NCBI GenBank assembly: GCA_965200245.1
Contig: CBDATS010000004.1
Location: 960,001 to 1,024,000 of the forward strand
Direction: 5' to 3'
DNA: 64,000 bases
Origin: a bacterium
GTDB taxonomy: Bacteria > UBA8248
Both the position numbers and the translations under genes were made by a program. The notes below the pieces were generated by a model that was given only the letters and a program-made list of their open reading frames with translations, ran no database searches and was not told the origin of the DNA. Positions 9,461 through 18,441 of this stretch are shown here, piece by piece; position 1 is the stretch's first letter, and every line of letters starts with the position of its first letter.

Positions 9461-9867
9461 GAGAAATCAACGTCGAGAAGTTGATCGAATGGCTCGGGCA
9501 TGACGGCGCGATTGCCGGACTGGAAGGAAGCAACCTTACGGTCCCGGAACTTCATGAAATGGCGCTCCGTCACGGTCTTGCAGTGGAGAAGAGAACCAGG
9601 CGAGGTGATCTAATTGTCGATCTCGTGAACCGGAATTCCATCAGGATCGACAAGACAACAGACGAACTCCTGGCGATGAACTGTGACGATCTCGGCAACT
9701 ACTTCCAAAAAAGAAAAGTCTCCCGAACAGAACTCCTGCAACTTCTCTCGCAATTTGACATTCGCCCCATTCGCGGGGACACCGTGAGCCTTGTGGATTT
9801 TGCCGCAAGGGAGATCAGCTGTATCGGCATGTACCAAAGAGTGGCAAAAGGTGCGCGAGGAGTATGA
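9457..9867 (+). CDS. Hypothetical helical protein, possible HeH/Rho-N-like nucleic-acid-binding motifs
   Basis: ATGA overlap with the parA stop. LTVPELHEMALRHGL..RRGDLI resembles a helix-extension-helix motif. Confidence 0.7.
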   Translation: MREINVEKLIEWLGHDGAIAGLEGSNLTVPELHEMALRHGLAVEKRTRRGDLIVDLVNRNSIRIDKTTDELLAMNCDDLGNYFQKRKVSRTELLQLLSQFDIRPIRGDTVSLVDFAAREISCIGMYQRVAKGARGV

Positions 9868-9885
9868 GTGTATAGTGTAGAATTC

Positions 9886-10543
9886 ATGAACCCCTGCCAG
9901 CCGAAATCCACTCGACAATACTGCAACACAAGACTCGGGCGATGCGTGGACGTGGACGGCCATCGATGCCGATACGAAGCTGGTTATCTCGTATCTCGCA
10001 GGCGGGCGCGACAGCGGATATGCGGCCGAGTTCATGGAAGATGTAGCCGGGAGACTGGCAAACCGCGTCCAGATGACCACGGACGGCCACAGGGCATATC
10101 CCGAAGCGGTGGAAGATGCCTTTGGCGGCGAGACAGGCTACGCCATGCTGTTAAAGCTCTATGGCCCATCGAAAGAGGAAGGCCGCTACAGTCCTTCGGA
10201 GTGTATCGGAACGCGCACCGCCACCATTACGGGAAGGCCCGATCCCGAGGATATCTCCACCAGCCATGCAGAACGCCAGAACCTCACCATGCGGATGTGC
10301 ATGCGCCGTTTCACGCGCCTTACGAATGCCTTCTCGAAGCGTCTGGAGAATCACATTCACATGCTCTCGCTTTACTTCGTGCATTACAACTTCTGCCGGA
10401 TCCACAAGAGCCTGCGCGTAACTCCGGCAATGGCCGCAGGCATGGATTCGCAGCTTCGTGACATGGAATGGATCGTTCAGCTGATCGAAGCCTGCGAACC
10501 GAAGCCCGGCCGCCGCGGGAAATACAGGAAAATTTCAAAGTAA
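9886..10543 (+). pseudogene. IS1-family DDE transposase, N-terminally frameshifted and internally deleted
   Basis: Catalytic part GDAWTWTAIDADTKLV..TTDGHRAY..STSHAERQNLTMRM..RRFTRLTNAFSK..YNFCRIH..TPAMAAG is open from about 9935. The ATG at 9886 is out of frame and the HTH region and first catalytic Asp are missing. Confidence 0.8.
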
Positions 10544-10595
10544 GACACTATAGCCCGGGCTCTCAGGAATATCGTTCTCCGCGAACGCCGAAACG

Positions 10596-11453
10596 CTACA
10601 GCGGCGTCCGGGCCCTGATGTCCTCTTCGACTACGTCACCCATGTATACGTAACCCGTCTCCTCCACGCTCCCGCTGCCAATGTAGATGCCCACCGCTTC
10701 GATAGGTTCTGTGTCACTCAGGTTGTGGAGCCAGTGTTCCACCCCTTTGGGGATGTAGTGGAAATGTCCGCCGCACACTTCCACGCGATCAGGACCCGCT
10801 CCCGCCAGGCCGTGGCCGCTGATGATGTAGTAGATTTCCTCGCAGTTGTCGTGCCTGTGCTTCTTGTGCACCGCTCCCGGAAAAAACCGCGCGCGAAACA
10901 GCGTCGTATCGCTGCCGTTGTGCCGCCCGATCGGGAGCCGGAAATCGGTTATCGACCAGCCCTCGCCCTCGTTCATGTTCTCGGGCTGCACATCGTCCAG
11001 GTGCACCAAGATGCCGTCCGTAATGCCCTCGCGCGGCATATCGAGATCCGCCCGGGTTACGTCACCCCGAAATTCATAGCCCGTGCCCGCCACGCTCGGC
11101 GCACCGAGATAGAAGCCTACCACCATCGCCTCTTCGTCCTGCGTCTCGTTGTAGAAGAAATGCGTAGAGCCTTTCGGCATGAGACGGCAGTGGCCCTCGC
11201 GCACCTCGGCGCGTTCCTCTCCCTGACCGACCACGCCGTGCCCTTTCAGGTAGACCGCGATCTCCTCGCAATCCGTGTGCAGGTGCTTCGCGTGCGTAGA
11301 ACCGGGCCGGAAAATGGAGTGAAAGGCCGTCGTCGAGCTTCCGTGTGCGCCGGTGATGGGCAGACGGAATTCCGAAATCGCCCAGCCTTCTTTCTCCTCC
11401 ATCCTCTCGGGCGTCACGTCTTCGATGTGTACCAGCGGGTATTGAAGCGGCAT
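10596..11453 (-). CDS. Bicupin protein (two metal-binding cupin domains)
   Basis: HAKHLHTDCEE..PKGSTH and HKKHRHDNCEE..PKGVEH. Start reassigned to ATG 11453. Confidence 0.85.
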   Translation of the reverse strand: MPLQYPLVHIEDVTPERMEEKEGWAISEFRLPITGAHGSSTTAFHSIFRPGSTHAKHLHTDCEEIAVYLKGHGVVGQGEERAEVREGHCRLMPKGSTHFFYNETQDEEAMVVGFYLGAPSVAGTGYEFRGDVTRADLDMPREGITDGILVHLDDVQPENMNEGEGWSITDFRLPIGRHNGSDTTLFRARFFPGAVHKKHRHDNCEEIYYIISGHGLAGAGPDRVEVCGGHFHYIPKGVEHWLHNLSDTEPIEAVGIYIGSGSVEETGYVYMGDVVEEDIRARTPL

Positions 11454-11491
11454 GTATGGTTCCTCGCAAAATGGTTGTTTTTCCGCAAGTG

Positions 11492-12364
11492 CTATTCGAT
11501 AACTCCCGTTCGCTGTTTCAAGTCCTCTTCGGTCACCGGCCCCAGATACTCGAAGCCGCTCTCGTCCAGGCCGCCCACGCCGATGTACCAGCCGGGTGCG
11601 GAGAGGTCTTCGGTGTCGCTGATGTTCGCGAGCCAGTGTTCCGTGGCAGCGGGGATGTAGTTGACGTCGCCTGCAACCACCTCCCCGCGATCGCCTCCGA
11701 TTCCTGCCAGACCGCGTCCTTTCAGGATGTAGCAAATCTCCTCGCAATTGTTGTGGCGGTGTTTCATGTGCACAGTGTGGGGGCCGAAGTAGCCCTGCAT
11801 CCAGCACGAACCCGCACCGACGCTGCGGTTAAGCGGCTCGTTGAAGTAATCCTGCGTCCAGCCCTCTTCTTTCGAGACCTTGACGTGGGGAACCTCGTCG
11901 TTGTGCACGAGGGTCTGCCGCAGGGCAGCGGCACTGAGCGTGCGCGGGGCGGTGAGATCGGCTTCCGTGATCTCGCCGAGGTAGACGTGGCCTGTGTCCC
12001 TGAACCAGGGAACGCGGTCGTAAAATCCGATGATGACCAAGGGATCATGCCTGCCCAGGTTCACGAGCCAGTGCTCCACGCCCCTGGGAATCAGGTGGAA
12101 ATGGCCTGCGTGCACCTCCACGCGATCCTCCCCCGCTCCCGCCAATCCATGTCCGCTCACGACGTAATACTGCATCTGGCAGTTATCGTAGCGGTGCTTG
12201 TGGTGGCGATCGCCAGGGGCCAGCGTGGCATGGTACATGATGGAGGAGGAACCCTCCTTCCCGCTGATGACGACCCGGAAATCGGAGACGTTCCAGCCCT
12301 CTTTTTCGTCGAGTTTCTCGGGCGTCACGTTGGCGATTCTAATGAATGGGTGTTCAAAAGCCAT
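11492..12364 (-). CDS. Bicupin protein, paralog of the downstream gene
   Basis: HHKHRYDNCQM..PRGVEH (degenerate) and HMKHRHNNCEE..PAATEH (intact). Confidence 0.85.
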   Translation of the reverse strand: MAFEHPFIRIANVTPEKLDEKEGWNVSDFRVVISGKEGSSSIMYHATLAPGDRHHKHRYDNCQMQYYVVSGHGLAGAGEDRVEVHAGHFHLIPRGVEHWLVNLGRHDPLVIIGFYDRVPWFRDTGHVYLGEITEADLTAPRTLSAAALRQTLVHNDEVPHVKVSKEEGWTQDYFNEPLNRSVGAGSCWMQGYFGPHTVHMKHRHNNCEEICYILKGRGLAGIGGDRGEVVAGDVNYIPAATEHWLANISDTEDLSAPGWYIGVGGLDESGFEYLGPVTEEDLKQRTGVIE

Positions 12365-12409
12365 GACGACCTCCTCTGTGCCGGCGACGATGCAACGCAC
12401 CGGCGCGAA

Positions 12410-13438
12410 TCAGTTCGCTATATCGATCACCGCCCGGAGCGTGCCGCCGTCTCCGCCCGCGTCGACGAACTCGAAACCTTTCTGAATATCATCGAGCGCG
12501 AAGTGGTGAGTGATGAGGGGCTCCAGATCGATTTGACCGGTTGCCACCAGGCGAATGGCACTTTCGAAATCCTCCGGCAGACCCGCGCGCGAGCCGATGA
12601 CGGTGAGATCCTTGAAGTAATAAGCCTGGCCCGGCACACCATCGACCCTGGCCGGCCCGATACCGAACTGCAAAATCGTTCCGCCTGGCCGCGCCATCTC
12701 ATAGGCCTGAACCATGGTCTCGGCGGCACCCGCTGTCTCGATGACGATATCCGCACCCAGGCCATCGGTAAGATCGCGCACGGCCTCCACCGGATCCACC
12801 TCGCCCGCGGGCACGATTTCATCCGCTCCCAGTTCTTTCGCCACATCAAGCTTCCACTTGCTCCTCGTCACGGCGATGACGGAAGCCGCCCCCGAGACTT
12901 TCGCCAACTGCGTATGAAGCAGACCGCTGCTCCCCTGGCCCAGGACAACCACGCGTGCGCACGCGATGTAAGGTGCTTTTCTCTGGCTGTAGACGACCGT
13001 GTACAGGCCCACGAAGTTCGTCGCAGCGGCGAAGCTCACATGTCCGGGAAAGGCGAAAGCTTCGGTCTCACGCACGGCGATGTACTCGGCGAAGGTGCCC
13101 GGCACCTCGCGTCCCCTCAGGCCGCCATGCAGGCAAATGTTCGTCAGCCCGCGTACGCAGTAGAAACAAGAACCGCAACTCGAGAGGGGGTTCAGCACCA
13201 CCCGGTCGCCGACTTTCAGTCGCGTGACGTTCCCGCCGACCTGCTCCACCGTCCCGGTGCACTCATGGCCGGGAATGAGGGGAATCCTCGCGGGCATCTT
13301 CCCCGCCCAGATGGATACGTCCGTCCCGCAGATGGCCGAAGTCGCTACTTGCACCAGCACGTGATCTTCGGGCATGCCGGGGTCTGGCTGATCGCCCACG
13401 CTCATCACACGCTCTTTTTCAAGCAAAGCCGCTTTCAT
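12410..13438 (-). CDS. Zinc-dependent medium-chain dehydrogenase (threonine/sorbitol dehydrogenase-like)
   Basis: ICGTD, GHE, CGSCFYC..C structural Zn site, GQGSSG Rossmann motif. Confidence 0.9.
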   Translation of the reverse strand: MKAALLEKERVMSVGDQPDPGMPEDHVLVQVATSAICGTDVSIWAGKMPARIPLIPGHECTGTVEQVGGNVTRLKVGDRVVLNPLSSCGSCFYCVRGLTNICLHGGLRGREVPGTFAEYIAVRETEAFAFPGHVSFAAATNFVGLYTVVYSQRKAPYIACARVVVLGQGSSGLLHTQLAKVSGAASVIAVTRSKWKLDVAKELGADEIVPAGEVDPVEAVRDLTDGLGADIVIETAGAAETMVQAYEMARPGGTILQFGIGPARVDGVPGQAYYFKDLTVIGSRAGLPEDFESAIRLVATGQIDLEPLITHHFALDDIQKGFEFVDAGGDGGTLRAVIDIAN

Positions 13439-13594
13439 GAATCTCTCCGTCGGAACATGAGACAATGTCCTGGAAAAAATGGAATCGCTTGCGCCCAAGA
13501 ATACGGCATCGCACCGGTCAGGAAAAGCGCGATTGGGAGAAAACCAACAGTTCGAGATGCCGTCGGGCGGCAGCGTAAAGTGGAAATCGTGTTC

Positions 13595-14758
13595 CTAGCG
13601 CGCCTCGAAGAAACGGTACACGGCGTGGTCTCCACCGAATTTTCCATCCAGGGCGTCGCGTAGCCAGTCGGCCACCATGAGATAGAAATCAGGCAAGCGT
13701 CCGCCCATGGTGTGGGTTTCGTTCTCATACACCCAAAGTTCCCTTGGACCGCCCAGAAGATCGAAGAATTGCCTGGCGTCTTCCAGCGGACAAAGTTCGT
13801 CGAACTCGCCCATCGCGAGCAGGGTGGGACATTTTATGTCGCCCGCGATGCCCTCGAGCGTCATCTGCTCGGCCATGGCGTCGAACTCGTCCTCATCATG
13901 AATGTTGGACATGTACTTGTAGTTTGCGCGGTAGGCGGGTTTCCCATGCTTGAAGATGGAGTCTTTCTGCAGGTAGACACCCATCGCACCCACACAGGCC
14001 CGCAGGCGCGAATCGTGCGCCGCCACGCGCGGCCCCCAGTAGCTACCCATGCTCCAGCCGTAGAGGCCGATTTTTTCTGAATCCACCTCGGGACGTGATT
14101 CGAGGAAATCAATCGCCGCCGACCCGGCACGCTCGAAATTGTCCAGCGTCACCCAGGTCTCGCGCGTGTTGCTCTCCCCCTGGCCCGGACCGTCGATGCT
14201 GAGCGTTGCGAGGCCGCGCCGCCGGAAATGGTTGTGGTAGGGATTCGGCAGGAACTCCTTGATGGTGTCCATCCCCGGCACGATGATAACGCAGGGAGCG
14301 CGTTCCACCCCCGGCACGGTCTGGAGGATGCCGGGGAGCGTCTTTCCATTCTCGAAGGGAATCTCCACGCGCTCGACAGGAGCCTCTTCGAACAGTTTGA
14401 TGAACTTCTCGTAACAGGCGATCATCTTCGCGTAAAGTTCGAGCTTCCGGGGCGTGTTCCTGTGGATGACACCGCAGGCGGGACCGTAATACAGCACTGC
14501 GCGGTGGTAGAACTCCGCCGCCGATTCACGGTGTCCCGCCGCCTCGGCCTCGCGCGCCAGGGCTTCTTCCTGGGCTGCGGTGCGCGCCCATTCCTTGGGC
14601 ACGGCACCGGGTGTCTTGATGCGCTCGGTCGTCCGCCGCACGTCGGCGGGGCGAAAACCCCATTCCACGTACATCACCGAACGGAAGGCATAGACATCGT
14701 GGAGCTTGTAGAACTCCTCGGTCACCCACTGCTGGCCACGGCGGCTCCTCTCGCTCAT
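13595..14758 (-). CDS. Alpha/beta hydrolase, 2,6-dihydroxypseudooxynicotine hydrolase/FrsA-like
   Basis: PGMDTIKE, DGPGQGE, GWSMGSY nucleophile elbow, GEFD and terminal His. Confidence 0.82.
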   Translation of the reverse strand: MSERSRRGQQWVTEEFYKLHDVYAFRSVMYVEWGFRPADVRRTTERIKTPGAVPKEWARTAAQEEALAREAEAAGHRESAAEFYHRAVLYYGPACGVIHRNTPRKLELYAKMIACYEKFIKLFEEAPVERVEIPFENGKTLPGILQTVPGVERAPCVIIVPGMDTIKEFLPNPYHNHFRRRGLATLSIDGPGQGESNTRETWVTLDNFERAGSAAIDFLESRPEVDSEKIGLYGWSMGSYWGPRVAAHDSRLRACVGAMGVYLQKDSIFKHGKPAYRANYKYMSNIHDEDEFDAMAEQMTLEGIAGDIKCPTLLAMGEFDELCPLEDARQFFDLLGGPRELWVYENETHTMGGRLPDFYLMVADWLRDALDGKFGGDHAVYRFFEAR

Positions 14759-14765
14759 GGGGGAC

Positions 14766-15488
14766 CTAGACGCTCCGGGCGGGAACCAGATGTTCACGCA
14801 TCAATGCGCCGCCCCGGGTGGCTTCTCCCTCGAAGCCCGCGGTTCTCAGCGTGTGCCAAATGGCCGTGGTGTTGCTCGTGAGCACGGGCTTTCCGAGCGC
14901 TGCTTCGAGCACATCCACCGATTCGAGCGAGCGGAAATTCGTGCAACTGATGAAAATGCCGTCCGCCTCGTCGCAGTCCACCTCGCGTGCCAGGGCTTCC
15001 GAGTTCTCGGGTGGCAGGAAGGCGGAGCACTCGACGTTCTGGCCTTTCTCGGCCACGACCTCGATCCCCTTGTCCTTCAGGAACACCGTGAGCTTGTCGT
15101 TCAGCCACTGGGGATATGGCGAAGCGAGCGCCACCCTGGCGACGCCCATCTCGCGCATGGCCTCGGTAAGGGCGGTGGAGGTCGTCGTGGCGGGGATGCC
15201 TGTACGGTCCTCGATAACGGCGATGATGTCCGCATCCATGCCCGGACGGACGAAGCTGCCGCCGGTGCAGCCGAAGCAGATGGCGTCGAGACTAGCGTGC
15301 CCGAGCAGATCGGCAAGTTCGGGCACCACCTCGATCATGTGCAGGAGGGTTTCCTCCTCATCGTCCGTGTGGGCGATTCGCGTGAAGTGGGCCGATACGC
15401 CCGCAGGCGCCATGCGCTGGCATTCGTACTCCATCACCGTGTTCCAGGATGGAACAATGAATCCGAGTTTGTTCTTCCAATCCGTCAT
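14766..15488 (-). CDS. Maleate cis-trans isomerase/arylmalonate decarboxylase (Asp/Glu racemase family)
   Basis: GFIVPSWNTVME, FGCTGGS, ASPY, ISCTN, PVLTSN. Both catalytic Cys present. Confidence 0.88.
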   Translation of the reverse strand: MTDWKNKLGFIVPSWNTVMEYECQRMAPAGVSAHFTRIAHTDDEEETLLHMIEVVPELADLLGHASLDAICFGCTGGSFVRPGMDADIIAVIEDRTGIPATTTSTALTEAMREMGVARVALASPYPQWLNDKLTVFLKDKGIEVVAEKGQNVECSAFLPPENSEALAREVDCDEADGIFISCTNFRSLESVDVLEAALGKPVLTSNTTAIWHTLRTAGFEGEATRGGALMREHLVPARSV

Positions 15489-15682
15489 GGGGGAATCCTC
15501 CGGTGCGGGAAGTCTGAATTCGTTTGTCTGAAAATGATAAAGAAGCGAAAGCCATAAGTCCATCTCTGTGGAACACATGCAGGGGGAAACGAAGAGAACC
15601 GCGAGATTGACACGATGGATCGCATCAATTCATCGTGCGAGGAAATGGACGGAAAACGAACCAGGTACAGGGAGTTGGTGAC

Positions 15683-16364
15683 GTGAGCAAACGGCGCATG
15701 CAAAACGGGGAAGCAACGAATGATTTGGTTTTAAGTGCTTATGCAGCAAGCAATGACTGTGTGTTCCCAAGGGTTCTCGAACTCTATGTAAAGCCGGGAA
15801 GTATTGTGGCCGATGTAACTTACGGAAAGGGTGTTTTCTGGCGTCGCATTCCCGATGATCGTTACGACTTGCGCGCCACCGATATCCAGGACGGGGTCGA
15901 TTGCCGCAACCCGCCCTATGGGGACGGGGAGATCGATTGCGTTGTGCTCGATCCTCCCTACATGCACTCGCCGGGAGGAACGGCACACCGCTCGCATACG
16001 CCTTTCGAAGATCACTACCGCAACAATGGATCGGGCAACGGGACGGGTAGAAAGTACCATGAGGCGGTGCTGGATCTGTATCTGGAAGCCGGACGGGAGG
16101 CGCACCGGGTATTGCGCGCGCGGCGTTCTCATCGTGAAGTGTCAGGACGAGGTTTGCTCGAACCGCCAGAGGTTCACTTACGTCGAAATCATGCAGGCGT
16201 ACGAGAAGACGGGATTTGTCGCGGAAGACCTGTTCGTCGTGATGCGGAACAACCGGCCCGGCGTGAGCCGCGCCGTGAAACAGGTTCATGCCCGTAAAAA
16301 TCACTCGTATTTCCTTGTGTTCTGGAAACGAAAAGGCAGCAGACGCCCCTGGGTTGCGCCATGA
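15683..16364 (+). pseudogene. Amino-DNA methyltransferase (DPPY), frameshifted in a (GC)n tract
   Basis: [15 protein letters not shown] motif and VVLDPPY in one frame; [23 protein letters not shown] in the next. Switch at 16114-16122. Confidence 0.8.
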
Positions 16365-16579
16365 TGCCGGTTCAGGTTTTGCGAGAGATAACATTGGAAT
16401 TCGCAGAAAAAGATATATGGGCCGGAAGTGAACGTGAAATGTTTCGGCACTTAGGTGCCACGAATAAAGGTGAAGCCGGGAGAGCGTTGTTGGACAAATC
16501 GATGCTGGGTTTGTCTTCGGCGAGCGTTGCGCGGCGTAAGAGTGGCGGGGAGCGCAACGGAATGGGAAGGCAGTGCTGA
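16361..16579 (+). pseudogene. Truncated partner gene, possible restriction endonuclease N-terminus
   Basis: ATGA-coupled to the MTase stop. TNKGEAG resembles the N-terminal helix of PD-(D/E)xK nucleases, and the sequence degenerates afterwards. Confidence 0.35.
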
Positions 16580-16870
16580 GGAGTTCGGGGACCCTATCGA
16601 AGGCGAAATGCCCGAATGCCGGGCGAGGGAACGGCTCGCCTTCTCCGGGTTCCCGGCGGCGCAACCTGCAGACGAGTATCCCCGTCGAGTCAACCTTGGC
16701 CATCACCGGACATCGAACGGCAAAGACGAGGAAGTGTCCGGGCGAGAAGACGGTGCCGGGCCTCGTGCATCCACTCGCCAGGAATGCCGGGAAGCGATGG
16801 CACCGCCTATGCAGTTTCCCTCATCCGGCAGACGTGGTCGCCTCCGTTCACAAGGCGACTTTCGTATATA
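16575..16870 (+). mobile_element. Degenerate IS256-family transposase C-terminal remnant
   Basis: Across frames: KAKCPNA / RERLAFSGFPAA / NLQTSIPVESTLAITGHRTAKTRKC..LARNAGKRWHRLCSF. This matches the IS256 pattern AKYPKA..LLAFYDFPA.HW..LRTTNPIESTFATVRHRT..AEKRWRRL. Confidence 0.65.
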
Positions 16871-16978
16871 CTCCCCAACGCGAAAACGTACACAATGATC
16901 CACCACGCCGAAAGCATCAATGTCCTTTCCGGGAATCGGCGTTCACTCATAAAGCAGACTCGGATATTCCTCGGCAAA

Positions 16979-17013
16979 GCAAGAGGGCGGCCCGAATCGG
17001 GCCGCCCTCTTGC
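16979..17013 (-). terminator. Hairpin terminator downstream of the GntR-M24-DRE-TIM operon
   Basis: Perfect inverted repeat GCAAGAGGGCGGCCCGA-A-TCGGGCCGCCCTCTTGC followed by TTT on the minus strand. Confidence 0.7.
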
Positions 17014-17106
17014 TGCGGTTTGCAACCCGCGCGCCGGGAGGAAAGACTGGGGCCGGCGAACCGGCGCGACCTCTCTCATCCGTCCCCGAACGATGCGGGC
17101 TGGAAA

Positions 17107-18327
17107 CTATTTTGCCCCCGCAAGCTCCTTGAACTCATCCATCGTGAGCAGGCGATGGAGACCCAGGGATTTTTCCTTGACGTCCATCAGGAGCGCCATC
17201 TTCTCTTCTTCAGATGCAGTGATGCCCAACTGCTCCAGGAAGAGATTGATGGAATCGATGCCGCTTCCCTTGCCGATGACGGGTTCGGGCTCCTTCTGGC
17301 CGACGAGGCCGGCGCGGAAGGGCACGAGTTCGGTCGGGAAGTCCTTCTCGCAGTTCTTGAGCCAGCTTACGATAATGCCACTCTCGATATCGTAGAGGTT
17401 GTCACCCACCACACAGCGGTTGGGCGCGAGGCTGATACGCCCACACTCCTGCACGAGGCGTGAAACCTCGGTGAACTTCTCGGTCTTGAGGCCCATATCC
17501 ACGTCGTACATGGTGAGCATGGCAAGAGCCAGTTCTTCATACGCGGCGTTGCCCGCGCGCTCGCCGACCCCGCTCACGGAGGTCTGTGCCACCTGACAAC
17601 CCTCGGCCATCGCCATCAGCGTATTGGCGACACCCATGCCGTAGTCGTCGTGGAAATGCGGTTCGAAAGGTTCATTCGGGAACACCTCGCGCATCTTCCT
17701 GATGACGTAGGGCACTGTGTGCGGGCTGAGCACGCCGAACGTGTCCACGATGGCGAGCGCATCCATGTGGCCTTCGGTCGCCACCTTCTTGAGCAGGCCC
17801 AGTACCCAGTCCAGCGGGGCGCGGGAGAAGTCGATGGGGAAGAACACGGTGTAAAGGCCACATTCCTTCGCCACCTGCGTGGCCTTGACGGAGGTATCGA
17901 TGGCCTTGTCGAGTTCCCATTTGTACGCGCGCTCGATCATGTGTGTGGAACTCGGCACTTCCATCACGACGCCCTTGACACCCGTGTCGGCGGAGCGCTT
18001 TACGTCATCTGCCATGCAGCGCGCGAAGCTGAACACCTCGGTGTCTGTGCCTTCGAGGCGTTTGACGATCTCACGGATCGCTGCCTCATCAGAGGGCGAG
18101 ACAACCGGCATGCCTGCCTCGATGCGGTGCACGCCGACCTCGGCGAGTGCCTCTGCGATACGTATCTTCTCGTCCTTGTTGAACATGACACCCGCTTGCT
18201 GCTCGCCGTCCCTGAGCGTCACGTCGTGGATCCTGGGGTTTGGGTCGAACTTGATATTGGAGGTCACCTCGCCATCGAAGTTCCACGGGCTGGTGAACCA
18301 CATATCGGTATTCCAGGGTTCGCTCAT
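17107..18327 (-). CDS. DRE-TIM metallolyase (homocitrate/isopropylmalate synthase-like)
   Basis: DVTLRDGEQQAG, HFHDDYG, GVGERAGNA. No LeuA regulatory domain. Confidence 0.85.
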   Translation of the reverse strand: MSEPWNTDMWFTSPWNFDGEVTSNIKFDPNPRIHDVTLRDGEQQAGVMFNKDEKIRIAEALAEVGVHRIEAGMPVVSPSDEAAIREIVKRLEGTDTEVFSFARCMADDVKRSADTGVKGVVMEVPSSTHMIERAYKWELDKAIDTSVKATQVAKECGLYTVFFPIDFSRAPLDWVLGLLKKVATEGHMDALAIVDTFGVLSPHTVPYVIRKMREVFPNEPFEPHFHDDYGMGVANTLMAMAEGCQVAQTSVSGVGERAGNAAYEELALAMLTMYDVDMGLKTEKFTEVSRLVQECGRISLAPNRCVVGDNLYDIESGIIVSWLKNCEKDFPTELVPFRAGLVGQKEPEPVIGKGSGIDSINLFLEQLGITASEEEKMALLMDVKEKSLGLHRLLTMDEFKELAGAK

Positions 18328-18441
18328 CTCAAAATTCTCCTATTCGGCTTTTCGGAGGGCAACTTCCCCTGCACTACGTACATGAAAGACGTTCCCGCCC
18401 GTGCCCCAGACATTGGGGGACACGGGCGGGAGACAACAACA

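Larger units (their letters stand above)
8226..10550 (+). mobile_element. Decayed IS1-family element with passenger genes, about 2.3 kb
   Basis: Terminal inverted repeats TAGTGTCTCACTTTGAAATTTTCC (8226-8249) and the reverse complement of 10527-10550 match at 23/24. DDE transposase remnant abuts the right repeat. Cargo is AT-richer than the flanks. Confidence 0.8.

Noticed and set aside
8576-9867. Integrated plasmid or prophage partition locus
   Set aside because: No parB, rep, integrase, phage genes or iteron/parS array; the region is bounded by IS ends.
8210-10565. Target-site duplication around the IS1-like element
   Set aside because: Flanks (CCCTTGGG and GCCCGGGC) do not form a direct repeat.
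11454-11807. N-terminal extension of the 403-aa cupin ORF
   Set aside because: Overlaps the upstream paralog out of frame; paralog alignment places the start at 11453.
11456-13663. 735-aa plus-strand ORF
   Set aside because: Antisense shadow of the cupin and Zn-dehydrogenase genes; no motifs; expected in high-GC DNA.
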